Shown here in pieces: positions 54,013-63,200 of a stretch of 64,000 nucleotides of DNA. The stretch covers positions 187,922,001 to 187,986,000 of the forward strand of contig OX597814.1 of assembly GCA_951406725.2 (NCBI GenBank), in the 5' to 3' direction. Positions within the stretch are counted from its first letter, which is position 1. Every line of letters starts with the position of its first letter. The translations under genes and the position numbers were made by a program. The notes under the pieces are model-generated. The model searched no databases, was not told where the DNA came from, and worked only from the letters and a program-made list of their open reading frames with translations. Source of the DNA: Octopus vulgaris (Eukaryota).

Positions 54013-54045
<33 letters not shown>

Positions 54046-54076
54046 CATATATATACACTTTATTTATATAAAGGTC

Positions 54077-54115
<39 letters not shown>

Positions 54116-57100
54116 TATATATATGTAAGTGTGTATGTCTGTTTGTCCCCTCTCACCAATTGGACAATCAGTGTTGGTTTGTTTATGTCCCTGTAACTTG
54201 TCAGTTCAGCAAAAGAGGATGATAAATAAGTACCTGTCTTTAAAAAAAAATTAGTACTGGGGGTTGATTCATTTGACTAAAATTCTTGAATGCGGTGCCC
54301 CAGCATGGCCGCAGTCTAATGACTGAAACAAGTAAAAGCCAAGAGGCAAAATATAGTCCAATCTGATGTAGTTACTACACATTTCACTCTTCATCTTTGC
54401 AACTACTAAAGTTTTAAATGTGTTTTAATTTAGAACGAATAAGGCTTGATATATTTGCCACCGTTGTTTTGTTTGTTGTGTCTTTGTCAAAGTTATGTTA
54501 CATTGGTGGTAATCACTCCAGTAAACTAGTTGTTATTGTAGCTACATTCTGTCTGGAATGCAAATTGCATGTTTTGTAATCCTAAAAAAAAAAAAGAAAA
54601 AAATTGTCAAAAGAGAGGAAGTTTGGCAAGCTTGTATATTCTCAAATTGTAATTACCATGGAAAAGAACAATACCATTGGTCCTTTTCTGTTATTAATTT
54701 TTGACATTAAGGTTTCTCTCTATTTAGTTATTTATTCGTTGTATATCATGAGGTTGGCAGATGACTAATTAATATAGTAACTGCTGTTCAGCAGAAAAGG
54801 GGTCAACTAATTGGGATATTAAGGTTAGGAAATTGTATTACTATTGCATATTGCTGTGCATATTTTTATTTTTTTTTCTCTTTTTATAAGGCTCTAAACC
54901 ACATTTCTTTTTTTTCTTATACATACAGCTTAACTTTTTCTAATGCAGCAATAATTCTAATCTTTTGATGATTACTGCTACCCTAGTTATCTTCCTGTTG
55001 AAGCAGTCCTATCATAATTAATATTTCACACTCCTTTTATTGTGTGCTTGAATACTTTGGTACTCTGCTACTCCCTAATAATCTAGTCATCAAAAAGCAC
55101 TCACATCCTTCTTAAATAAAATTTTTTATTTTCTAAAAAAAATTTCACCTTACCTGTTGTATGTATTTATATTCCTGCTTGTTTTTTTATTCTGTCACTT
55201 TCTTGATGAATAGCAACCAATTGTTATTTCGTGAAAATTACAAAAGAAACTGTTGTTTGTGTAAATCTAGGTTTAAAAGTCTGAATATCTTGCTTTCATA
55301 ATTAACTTGTTTCTATACTCACTAAATTTCATAATAGATCTTACTGAATTTTATTTCTCATAAATGATGTTGCAAACTGGGATCTAGAATACCATAAATC
55401 TTCGAGTATAATCTACATTTTTCCCCCAAAATTTAAGGATCAAAATCCCTGGTGCGTACTATATACGAGGCTAAAAATGAAAATTATTTTCTAAGCAATG
55501 TCCGAGTCTCTATTTACTGTCTGGCTATGTTTATTCAGACGCATTTTGTGATGTCGGGTGTGAAAATACCTTAAGTTAAGCCTGAAAGCAATGAAGTCAT
55601 AAAAGAATCATCCATAACTTGCAGTAAGCAACATTTATTAAACGTTATTACTGTTATTTCTTTATTTTCTGCAAACAAAATGCACAAAATAGCTACATGT
55701 TTGCATTATGTTATATATACAATAATAATTAAGAACGTTACCATGTACATTTTTACAAACCAAGGACGTTATATAGACCTCCTTGACTCAGGTTACACAA
55801 GGTTTAGGTTTTTCAGAGGTACAGCCCCCTAAACATCCCCTGTGTATTATACTCAAGGGTGGACTATACTTGAGTATTTACAGTAATATACTGCAACAGT
55901 TTTTAAAAATCCTTAACATTTAGGGACAGGTGTGGCTGTGAGGTAAGAAGTTTGCTTCCCAACCACATGGTTTCAGGTTCAGTTCCATTGACTAAAATTC
56001 TACAAATAGAAGTTTAGTCGAATGGATCAACTCCAATACTTTTTCTTAAGCTTTTTACCAAACCACTAAGTTACAAGGACATAAACACACCAACATTGTT
56101 TGTCAAGCAGTGATGGGGGATAAACAAACACACACACACACACACACACAATGGGCTTTCAGTTTCTGTCAACCAAATCCACTCACAAGACTTTGGTCAG
56201 CTTGGGGCTATAGTTGAAGACACTTACCCAAAGTGCCACACAGTGGAACTTGGCTACAATCAAATAACTGGCAAATGACCAAATGAATAAAGATATATAA
56301 GTACCTTATTTTTATTTATTTATTAATGTTTATTTATTTATTTATTAATGGTCCCAGTGGCATGTAAAAAGCATCCACTACACTCTCGGAGTGATTGGTG
56401 TTAGGAAGGGCATCCAGCTGTAGAAACTCTGCGAGATCAAGATTGGAGCCTGGTGCAGCCATCTAGTTTGCCAGCCCTCAGTCAAAATCGTCCAACCCAT
56501 GCTAGCATGGAAAGCGGACATTAAACGATGATGATGATGTTGTTATACTTGTAACAATTACCTCTTGATATTTACAAATGTGTTTGACACAACTGCATCT
56601 TCAGTTACATCCTAACTGTCACTTAGCCTTTACATATGTATTTTTATTAACACACTCACATACATGCTCATCCCAACATCAAACTTGAACCTGGTGCAGC
56701 TCTCTGGCTCACTGGTTCCAGTCAAGGCATCTAATCTATGCTAGCATGGAAAGCGGACGTTAAATGATGATGACCATGGAGATGATGATTCATACATATA
56801 TACAGAAGAGCTTAGCATTTTTCTCTTCTTGTATTTAAATACAATTCAAAACACTTCAAACAAATGCAGAGAGAGAGAAAGAAAGAAAGAAAAGAGCTTA
56901 TGATGCAGTGATGTCACAAACTTTGCTGTCTTGATATTTTTCCCTTTTCTTTTCTTCATGTTTAACTCTCCATAGCCCTTTCAGCCTTTTTTTTGTGTGT
57001 TTCTTTTATCAGTTTTATTCACCCTCTCTGTTCATAGAATCTTTTGTTTTTATCTATCTCTACCTCCCTGTTCCCCACCACTCATGTTTTAGTGTTACAC

Positions 57101-58639
57101 AATAGGTACACAGATAGGAAGAAATTTTTGTATTAGTATTTAGATATTCATCAGCATCATTTGCTATGGCAAAGAACAAATCAAGTTTCGATTAGGGAGC
57201 AAATATTTAAGAAAAAGTGGAAGTGGATTGGTAGCACAATTAGAAAAGACACACCAAATGTAGCGAAAAGTGCTTTACAGTGGAAACCGGATGGATACAG
57301 AAAGAGAGGTAGACCTAAGAACCCGTGGCGTCGATCAACACAAAAGGAACTACAGAAAGGGGAACATTCATGGCAGAGTATAAGTACAGAAGCGAAAAAT
57401 TATGTGACATGGGATTCGGTTATAAGTGGTCTATACTCCGCATTGGAGGGTTAAAGGCATAAAGAAGATATCCTATTTAGATATTCTGCTAGTGTTAACC
57501 AATTAAAATCTCATTTTTTAAATTCATGTTGTCATGAATTTTGATTTATATTTTCATTTAGATATATATAGTTTAAACACCAACCAAACCAGTCAAATAT
57601 GGATAGCTTAAAAACCAGCTAAATATACAGTTACTGATTCAGCTGGTGTTTAACCCTTTCATTATCATAGTTCAATTGAAATACACTGCTTTTGTTTTAA
57701 TTTTGAAAATAATGAATTGAGTGAAATAATTTTTACCATTATTAAGCTAGTTTTCTGGACATAGAATAGCATAAAATTTTGATGGAAAGTTTTTAATATA
57801 AATTACTTGCAAACAGTTTGTATGCTAAAACCAGAAGTGGTCTCAGGCAGGTTGATTTCAAAATGATTAAATATTCATTAAAGGGTTAATATGTATTCAG
57901 TTCTGTCTGCTATAATTCCTTTTATTATCTTCATCATTAATATATTTCTAATACTCGAGTTCTTGAGTGCTGTACCATTATACTTGTATCAGCGGTCACT
58001 GTTCATAAATGAAAGCATCAGTAGTAACAGGGATTTTATCTGTCTGTGAGTTGTTCTACTTTGATTGGACTGGAATGTTCTGAACCATCACTTTCATACT
58101 TAGCAGATTATATGCTAATAAATCATTCAGTATTATAAAACCTAATCTGAAAACACCTGCCTCTGCTTTATCACCAATTGGATCAAAAGCAGAAAAGTGC
58201 TCCAGATATAATCTAAGCTGTCAATTAACCGATCTAACATAAGTTATTGTTGCCTATTTCTTGTGTCTCATGTTGCTGTGAACTTGGAAATATAATCTTT
58301 TGTGATTTTTCTGTTTATCACGTTGTCTGAAAGTTTTTAATGCTTTTTCGTATTAATGGATACTGTAAAAGTATGGCCGTGTGGTGAAGTTTGCTTCGTT
58401 ACGTGGTTTTCAGTTTGATCTCACTGCAGAATCCTGGGGGCCATTGGGAAATGTATTCTACTTTAGCCTTGGGTTGATCAAAGCTTTGTGAGATTTTAGA
58501 GATGGAAATTATATGAAAATCTGTTGTACCTGTGTGTGTGTGCATGCACACATATATGTGCATGTAAATATATGTGCATGTGTGTGTGTGTTTGTATGGG
58601 TGTATATTGTTCGGTTGAGTGTGTAAATATATGTGCATA

Positions 58640-58684
<45 letters not shown>

Positions 58685-59043
58685 TAAGGTAAAGACCCCC
58701 TTCAGTCATGAATGACCATTGCACCTAGAAAGTTCCCCTTTGAGGCAGAAGTCCCGGTAAGGTTGTTTATGCATGACCAGCAGTCGCCCATGCATACCAG
58801 TTTCCCCTATCCATGTCACTAATGTTATCCAAGAGAAAGGCAAAGGCTGCTACAGCTTGGCACCAGTGATATTGCAACTCATTTCTACAGCTGAGTGAAC
58901 TGGAGCAACATGAAATAAAGTGTCTTGCTCAAGAATACAACACATAGCTCAGTCTGGGAATTGAACTCACTACCTCATGATTGTGAGCCCGATGCTCTAA
59001 CCACTGAGCCATGTGCCTTTACTTGTGTGTTTGTGTGTGTGTG

Positions 59044-59078
<35 letters not shown>

Positions 59079-62000
59079 TGTATGTATGTATGTATGTATG
59101 TGTATATATGCGTGCGTTTTATATATCTATATACATAAATGTGTAATGGTGTCTGTGTGTGTGTTTGGGGTTACTCTAACTCCTACCACACCATCCAACC
59201 GATTTTAAGGATTTTGGCACATAGGTAGATCACATACCCTGAAGTTCAAATAAGGCCGGAATCTTTTGAAAACTTGATAATGTTCAGTTGGCATCAATTT
59301 TTGTGAGCTCAATCGGGCGTTTGAATGGAAATTCCCATAATGATGTTATTTTTCCTGCAGCTTTTGCTTTTTATGTCTGATTTTGATGAAAATCAATGAG
59401 TGAGTGAGGCTCATGGCAGTGAGTTGATGTCAGTATATGGCGTGGATAAAAAATTGATAATTGCGCCTGAGCAATGGTTATATAAAATCAATAGGTTTTT
59501 TGCGTGCAAATACCCACAGGGATTTTATTTTTGGCCATAACTTTTATGTTTTTTTATTCGATTTTAATGAAATTTGAGATTTAGGTAAATTTTGTAGTAG
59601 GGGAGACGGTTAAAGTTTTAATTTAATTCCAGAGGAATTGGAAGGGCACAAGTGTGTATCAGCTTTTTTCAGAGACTATTCTATCGATTTTAAGATATGT
59701 TACACATGATTACAGTTCATGAATGTGGCATGTAGAGTTGACAAAAAAATCGATAATTGCACATGAGCAGGGGATTATTATGAAATTATTAGGCATTTTG
59801 TATGCAATTGAACTACACTCCAACAATCAACCCAGGAATTATGAGGTACCTCTGCTAAAGTACCTTGAACATGATGTCATTCATAAGATTCAGACAGAAA
59901 TTTTATCAAGCAACGTTTACAACAGCATAGGCTTATCCTTAACACAGAAAACCCGAGCAATGCCGGGTACAACAGCTGGTATATAAATAAATCTTTTACA
60001 ATTCCAGGATAGAAAGACAACTACTGTTAATATCAAATCCAGGTGAAAGCCCACATTATCTTCAGACTGCTTGGGCTCTCCATGTTGCAAACATTTAATT
60101 TTCTCAACAGGAATGCTCCATGCAACCTGAAAATAATCTGGCTTTTGACTAGATTTGAAATTAATAATAGTTGCCCTACCATCTTGAAATTGTAATATAT
60201 TTGTAAGCCTACAATAGATTTACCTTGTATGTGTGTGTGTTTCCTCCGTAAGTAATTTTTTTCCTGATGTAAAAAAGGAAAGGATGTAAACATTGGCAAA
60301 AAAAGTAAAAAAAAAGTGATTGTTTTGAGTAAAAATACAGTTTGTTGTATATGTTCTACCAAATTGTCTGATAATTTCTTGTCAGTCTCACAGTCCGATA
60401 TGCAGAGATGATTGACTTCCTGAAAACTTGCTTTTGTCCAGCAAATGCAATATAGGATGAAACAAAAATAAAAATAATTACATTGACATTAACTTAATGG
60501 ATATATGATTGATAAATACTTCTGTTTCTTTAATGAATCCAGGTTACTTTTTAATGGTTGTTAAAAATTGTTGTATCTTTGATGTGTATTGTATGGTTAT
60601 AATACAAGGTGTTATCAACGGCAACTGTTTTCTCCATTAATTGATGGAATTTATTAACAGTGGTTATTCTCTGTTGAATTATTTCCTTTTCTTCTAAAAC
60701 CAGGTGCCAGAAACCAGTATGTTGATGTAATGAATCCTAATGCTACAGCCCAAACTGTTCAAGAGAATCTCTTCAATGTATTGCCTCCAACCACTTCTGC
60801 AGCTCCAACTCCAGGTATTTTTGTTCCTCCCGGTAAGTAACAGAGCAACATTTTTATAACTTATTATACCAACTTTTTCAGTGTTTCACAATCTTATATT
60901 AGCAAATTCTGAATAATTTTCAACATAAAGATGTTGTACATGAAATTTTTTTGATACTGACAAATCAAAGCTTTAAAATGTTGATTTCTTTTGATTACAT
61001 ACAAAGTGCCAGAGTTATTGGGAAAGGATTTTAGAATGTGTAGTCATCATCATCATCATCGTTTAACGTCCGTTTTCCATGCTAGCATGGGTTGGACGGT
61101 TTGACTGGGTTCTGGGAGGCCAGGAGGCTGCACCAGGCTCCAGTCTGATCTGGCAGTGTTTCTACAGCTGGATGCCCTTCCTAACGCCAACCACTCCGTG
61201 AGTGTAGTGGGTGCTTTTTACGTCCCGCCGGCACAGGGACCAGGGGAGGCTGGCAAACGATCACGATCGGTTGGTGCTTTTACGTGCTTTTACGTATTTA
61301 TGTTTTACTCAATCCATATGGCTATAACTGACAATCAATAATGAGTTTCTGATTTAGACCATTTAACGTTTACTTATTCCTCTGTATTACTCTTCAACAA
61401 CTTGGCTTTTACTCTATGGTATTTGCTTGGATCTTGTGGGTGAAATCCTAATTTCCTGTATTGCAAACATAGGAATCGGAAGAAATTTAGGGAAAAAATA
61501 AGGCCTGGGGGTGGGGTGGGGTGGATGTCACCTTGGACATGCTAGAAAGAAGAGGTAAAGGACAGGATTTCTGGGAAAACTTCCTTTTAAGTTTTGATTG
61601 AAGATCAGGTTTTTAAATACGGTCATCACAAACACAAATTACACAATAGAAAAAGATAATTTCAATTGGGTTTGAGCTTTTAATTTGCGCATGCACACTG
61701 CAGGAATTAACATAATTTGCACAGAAGTTTTACCTAGAGTGTGTGTATGTATGTGTGTGTGTCAAAGGAAGTTATTTTATGGCATTCTTTCATTTGAAGA
61801 AGCAAAGTTGTCAACTTGACATATGTGGGTAGGAAGGAGGCAGGACATTTGATCGCAGTATCTTATAACCGTATTTTGTTTAAAGAAATCACACAGATTG
61901 TAGTTTAACATTTGTTACCAGGCTGTTCTAAATTCATGGGAATATTGCTTATAATTTAAAGTCTTATTAATTTTTTGAAGATAATGACTCTACTCTGATA

Positions 62001-62143
62001 GGTGACGCATTGGGGTGGGGGTGAATAACTGAGATGGGGGATGGAATGATGGCCGGAATTTGATAGGTTCAGAACTTAAGGTTTGTTTATTTGTTATTTC
62101 ATTAAAGACTGCTGTTTTGACTGTGCAGACTTAATTATAAGTG

Positions 62144-62187
<44 letters not shown>

Positions 62188-63200
62188 TGTATACTATCTA
62201 TTATGACATTTATTTCAATTAGCTATTATACATTTTATTATATTAATTAAGAAATAGTTATTTAGTAAATAATTAAATTAAGAAAATATGAAGTACACCA
62301 TAATAAATTTAATTACATGGAAAAATGCAAGCATGTAAAGTAATATTCTTAAGATTATAAACCTGGAAAAGTACAGGACAAGTTATTACACATGGAAAAA
62401 TATAGGACAAGTAAAGAATAAGAAACTTTTTTACTTAAAATGTTGCAGCAAAGAATGCCAGTTCTTCTAATTTATCACTCTTTACAGTTCTCATCTTTTA
62501 AATTTATTGTACAAAACTGTTCAGCTAATTTGTAAGTTTGTTTAATTAGTCACTTTTTTCCATATTTAAGGTAGTAAATTAACCAATTTCTACTTAAATA
62601 AGTATAGTGTTATTTGTAAACTATAATAAAATGATTTTTAATATTGAAATTTTAATTTTAATTGCAATATTTTAAGTAAAAAATTTCTTATTGATCAGGT
62701 TGACAAAGGTGGGGTACTCCACTACATGCGGCGGTAGCATGTTGTCAACAAACAGGTCTACAATCCTTCTAGAAAGGGTCATAGACACTGCCTTTCCTTT
62801 CAGTCTAAGAAATAAAAATGAAGTGGAAATATTGTGGAAATCATGAGTATTTCTACACTTCTCAGATTGAATTAAATTCTTCCAAGGGAAAGCAATAGGC
62901 CAACTTCCTATCCAAGGGAAATTTAATTTCTCCTCAGCTTAATGTTATGAAAACTGGAACTTAAAGCACTTGCCTGATCACATGGGCTTTTTAAAACTGA
63001 TCAGCAATAGTTTGTTGCTTTATCTCAATTGGTGACCAATTTTTAGTATTTTGGACTTTCATTTTCAGCAGTGAACACCCATTGATAATAACATTGAATT
63101 TTGTTTCTTTTATTGAATAGGTACAAGTAATTTTAATGAAACAAATGCTTCCACTAACAACAGTCAAAATGAGACAATTAGCCAACAAGAGTTATCAGAG
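2314..63200 (+). CDS. Sec16: Sec16 (SEC16A-like) ER exit site / COPII scaffold, internal 25-exon portion; start and stop outside window
   Basis: 25 GT-AG exons with compatible phases join into one ORF of about 1065 codons. Recognisable Sec16 motifs: [144 protein letters not shown]. Confidence 0.95.
3502..4754 (+). mobile_element. Full-length decayed mariner (Tc1/mariner) DNA transposon
   Basis: 17-bp perfect TIRs tcaggtcattaagaatg, TA duplications at 3500-01 and 4755-56, frameshifted transposase with WVPYEL, CDEK, DNAQPH and YSLDLAP motifs. Confidence 0.93.
7028..7048 (+). CDS. Sec16: Candidate 21-nt Sec16 microexon (GRRYHRK)
   Basis: ttgcag|GCCGCAGGTATCATAGGAAAG|gtatgt; phase 1-1, frame-preserving, composition matches the flanking R/Y-rich exons. 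Confidence 0.5.
8211..8426. mobile_element. piggyBac-type MITE
   Basis: TTAA-flanked inverted ends atccttttagcatt / aatgctaaaggat. Confidence 0.55.
9754..9877 (+). CDS. Sec16: Sec16 exon, Tyr-rich ([42 protein letters not shown])
   Basis: ttttgctag acceptor, gtgagt donor, phase 1-2. Confidence 0.88.
12854..13399 (-). mobile_element. Penelope-like pLTR or retrozyme, 1.2 copies of a 447-nt unit inserted at (TA)n
   Basis: 99-bp direct repeats at 12854-12952 and 13301-13399 (6 mismatches) with an internal hammerhead. Confidence 0.75.
13041..13113 (-). ncRNA. Type I minimal hammerhead ribozyme
   Basis: aaugcag CUGAUGA a gacu...aguc a GAAAC CG GUC cugcauu: 7-bp stem I, intact core, palindromic stem III. 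Confidence 0.8.
13889..14005 (+). CDS. Sec16: Sec16 exon ([38 protein letters not shown])
   Basis: TACTAAC branch point at 13865-13871, tttcag acceptor, gtaagt donor, 117 nt, phase 2-2. Confidence 0.85.
14980..15230 (-). repeat. (TA)n-associated repeat with an internal ~43-bp duplication, carrying a permuted hammerhead-like motif
   Basis: tacaaaatgggacaa occurs twice (14980, 15024); the element ends in (TA)n. Confidence 0.55.
15088..15182 (-). ncRNA. Candidate non-circularly permuted hammerhead
   Basis: Order: ACAAUC^UUGAAUA, then CAGCC-GAA-AUUGC, then UACUCGA-CUGAGGA; all core nucleotides present. Stem II partner GGCUG lies upstream. Confidence 0.45.
17320..17405 (+). CDS. Sec16: Sec16 exon ([28 protein letters not shown])
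   Basis: tttatag acceptor, gtaaaa donor, phase 2-1 bridges its neighbours. Confidence 0.85.
17865..18095 (+). mobile_element. tRNA-derived SINE family D (gcctttcatcctt..gataaa.taagtacc central domain, probably Meta/MESC-like)
   Basis: Head ggcggtgagctggcagaa; other copies at about 39520-39752(+), 46106-46295(+), 21695-21875(-), 25045-25235(-). Domain name from memory. Confidence 0.8.
18187..18391 (+). CDS. Sec16: Sec16 exon, start of conserved region ([25 protein letters not shown]...FPGPLIR)
   Basis: ttccag acceptor, gtatgt donor; lies within ORF 18144-18431. Confidence 0.93.
18949..19087 (+). CDS. Sec16: Sec16 exon ([15 protein letters not shown]...[14 protein letters not shown])
   Basis: ttttccag acceptor, gtaagt donor, conserved central-domain motif. 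Confidence 0.95.
20765..20963 (+). mobile_element. 179-nt retrozyme-like unit with a long hairpin and degenerate hammerhead
   Basis: 20-bp direct repeat gcatacattcacatctggtt at 20765 and 20944; ~31-bp hairpin 20774-20843; CTGATGA at 20851 and GAAAC-ATG-GTT at 20909-20919. Confidence 0.6.
22093..22335 (+). CDS. Sec16: Sec16 exon ([14 protein letters not shown]...[11 protein letters not shown])
   Basis: ttttcag acceptor, gtatat donor, 243 nt, phase 0-0. Confidence 0.95.
23553..23750 (+). repeat. Dispersed repeat, one arm of the family that forms the 43049-43337 foldback; begins with a U3-A8 hammerhead-like motif
   Basis: High identity to 43180-43337 and, inverted, to 43049-43179. Confidence 0.75.
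23993..24090 (+). CDS. Sec16: Sec16 exon ([32 protein letters not shown])
   Basis: poly-T-acag acceptor, gtatgt donor. Confidence 0.95.
25724..25808 (+). CDS. Sec16: Sec16 exon ([28 protein letters not shown])
   Basis: tattag acceptor, gtaagt donor. Confidence 0.95.
25932..26049 (+). CDS. Sec16: Sec16 exon ([20 protein letters not shown]...LGDTL)
   Basis: acacag acceptor, gtaagt donor. Confidence 0.95.
26090..26765 (-). mobile_element. Two tandem copies of tRNA-derived SINE family B
   Basis: Head ggcgcatggctcagtggttagag...gttcgattcc on the minus strand; further copies at 58694-59020, fragments at 39945-40040 and 50650-50690, variants at 10740-11065(+) and 53518-53797(-). Confidence 0.85.
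27831..27942 (+). CDS. Sec16: Sec16 exon ([36 protein letters not shown])
   Basis: tctcttgcag acceptor, gtaata donor. Confidence 0.95.
28418..28523 (+). CDS. Sec16: Sec16 exon ([35 protein letters not shown])
   Basis: ttcctag acceptor, gtaagt donor. Confidence 0.95.
29182..29235 (+). CDS. Sec16: Sec16 exon ([18 protein letters not shown])
   Basis: tttttag acceptor, gtaggt donor, 54 nt. Confidence 0.93.
29955..30041 (+). CDS. Sec16: Sec16 exon ([29 protein letters not shown])
   Basis: tctacag acceptor, gtaagt donor. Confidence 0.93.
30169..30612 (-). mobile_element. Mariner fragment, 3' half (second family)
   Basis: TA plus TIR ttgggtcatcccataaataat; ORF 30292-30618 has HQDNAQPH and [15 protein letters not shown]. 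Confidence 0.88.
30872..30976 (+). CDS. Sec16: Sec16 exon ([35 protein letters not shown])
   Basis: ttttgtag acceptor, gttagt donor; end of central domain. Confidence 0.92.
31264..31655 (-). mobile_element. Non-autonomous Helitron
   Basis: Minus strand starts TCTCTATATATAA and ends with hairpin cccaagcaacgccgggcg then CTAG; inserted between A and T with no TSD. Confidence 0.85.
31770..32142 (+). CDS. Sec16: Sec16 exon, Gln-rich low complexity ([13 protein letters not shown]...QQQFHGNA)
   Basis: ttcacag acceptor, gtaaat donor; within ORF 31752-32195. Confidence 0.9.
32798..32845 (-). ncRNA. Decayed minimal hammerhead relic
   Basis: acaccu CUGAUGA gaac-gcacuaag-guuc aAA aaucaauu a a aggugu; two CpG-type G>A changes. 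Confidence 0.45.
34270..35535 (-). mobile_element. 5'-truncated HERO-like non-LTR retrotransposon (restriction-like endonuclease type), decayed
   Basis: Fragments [56 protein letters not shown]-like [40 protein letters not shown]; GC-richer than the flanks. Family name from memory. Confidence 0.8.
34289..34352 (-). ncRNA. Candidate non-circularly permuted hammerhead in the HERO-like 3' UTR (G12A in this copy)
   Basis: GGGUGU A^UGAUGU uguaa GACUC aAA ACACUC ... ACAUCA CUGAAGA u GUGUC; stems of 6, 6 and 4-of-5 bp. Confidence 0.55.
35833..35970 (+). CDS. Sec16: Sec16 exon ([20 protein letters not shown]...HAPQ)
   Basis: tttatag acceptor, gtaaga donor, phase 1-1. Confidence 0.88.
37378..37646 (+). 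CDS. Sec16: Sec16 exon ([12 protein letters not shown]...[12 protein letters not shown])
   Basis: tttatag acceptor, gtgagc donor, 269 nt open frame. Confidence 0.88.
43049..43277. repeat. Long inverted repeat (about 98-bp arms, 33-nt spacer)
   Basis: 43049-43146 is the near-perfect reverse complement of 43180-43277. Confidence 0.9.
44105..44248 (+). CDS. Sec16: Sec16 exon ([20 protein letters not shown]...KPKPVT)
   Basis: ttttgtag acceptor, gtaagt donor; contains an RxRxxS motif. Confidence 0.88.
45860..45958 (+). CDS. Sec16: Sec16 exon ([33 protein letters not shown])
   Basis: cttcag acceptor, gtaagt donor; GWW and LPEDKNP C-terminal motifs. Confidence 0.93.
47154..47259 (+). CDS. Sec16: Sec16 exon ([35 protein letters not shown])
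   Basis: ttatcag acceptor, gtaaga donor; IVWD..KKW motif. Confidence 0.93.
48790..49850 (-). mobile_element. Heavily decayed Tx1/L1-like LINE 3' fragment
   Basis: Remnant peptides on the minus strand ([37 protein letters not shown]) followed by a 3' UTR with aataaa; a similar UTR lies at about 25287-25505. Confidence 0.5.
50686..51562 (-). mobile_element. Mariner fragment, 5' part, same family as 30169-30612
   Basis: Matching TIR (attatttatgtgatgacccaa) plus TA; decayed N-terminal transposase with [14 protein letters not shown] and [16 protein letters not shown]. Confidence 0.85.
52512..52577 (+). CDS. Sec16: Sec16 exon ([21 protein letters not shown])
   Basis: ttttccag acceptor, gtaagt donor, phase 1-1. 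Confidence 0.9.
53814..54017 (+). mobile_element. ~204-bp (TA)n-inserted element hosting the G3-C8 hammerhead
   Basis: Bounded by inverted AGAGATG / CATCTCT and flanked by TA and CT microsatellites. Confidence 0.6.
53832..53882 (+). ncRNA. Minimal type I hammerhead with G3-C8 core swap
   Basis: uuuguca GUGAACA g gucgc-ggucucaaa-gcgau GAA AAUAUU U^ugacaaa. Confidence 0.65.
55392..55883 (+). mobile_element. Tc1/pogo-type MITE
   Basis: Imperfect 19-bp TIRs (ccataaatcttcgagtata / tatacttgagtatttacag) flanked by TA. Confidence 0.65.
57158..57468 (+). mobile_element. RTE-clade LINE 3' fragment
   Basis: ORF 57161-57454 (KWKWIG..IRK...[21 protein letters not shown]) is typical of the RTE ORF C-terminus. 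Confidence 0.8.
59140..59980 (+). mobile_element. Non-autonomous Helitron/Helentron-like element
   Basis: 3' hairpin acccgagcaatgccgggt followed by CTGGT, repeated cgattttaa motifs and a 5' microsatellite; left edge approximate. Confidence 0.65.
60704..60832 (+). CDS. Sec16: Sec16 exon ([13 protein letters not shown]...PGIFVPP)
   Basis: accag acceptor, gtaagt donor; YVDV motif. Confidence 0.92.
63121..63200 (+). CDS. Sec16: Sec16 exon ([27 protein letters not shown])
   Basis: gaatag acceptor after a T-rich tract, gtaaga donor, phase 1-0 continues the frame. Confidence 0.78.

Larger units (their letters stand above)
1747..58530. mobile_element. tRNA-derived SINE family C (tggctgtgtggtaag head, CORE-like ccttgggcaag, internal microsatellite), more than 10 copies
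   Basis: A/B-box-like head; copies at about 1747-2135(+), 22458-22828(-), 27977-28335(-), 41063-41545(-), 46430-46607(-), 48055-48240(+), 52964-53125(+), 54120-54340(+), 56010-56250(-). Confidence 0.85.
2627..61290. mobile_element. SINE-like family A (GGAAGGGCATCCAGC core, (GAT)n tail, ~65-bp internal repeats), about 16 copies
   Basis: Minus copies at about 2627-2995, 5759-6132, 6536-6765, 8885-8950, 19820-20260, 33135-33505, 45107-45510, 53128-53478, 61025-61290. Plus copies at about 27450-27680, 32350-32673, 36783-37077, 40535-40772, 44540-44732, 47555-48033, 56350-56540. Confidence 0.85.

Noticed and set aside
54860-54950. Several acceptor-like T-tract/AG sites in the 8-kb intron
   Set aside because: No downstream donor and in-frame stops follow quickly.
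55196-55250. ttgatga + atagcaa/ttgttat hairpin + gaaa
   Set aside because: U3 is not matched by A8 and no stem III or cleavage triplet can be placed; too degenerate.
56570-56612. Minus-strand ctgaaga followed by aaacacat
   Set aside because: G12 and stem I are absent; not distinguishable from chance.
2669-61341. Recurrent ORFs such as [16 protein letters not shown] and [16 protein letters not shown]
   Set aside because: Chance translations of SINE families and microsatellites, not a gene family.
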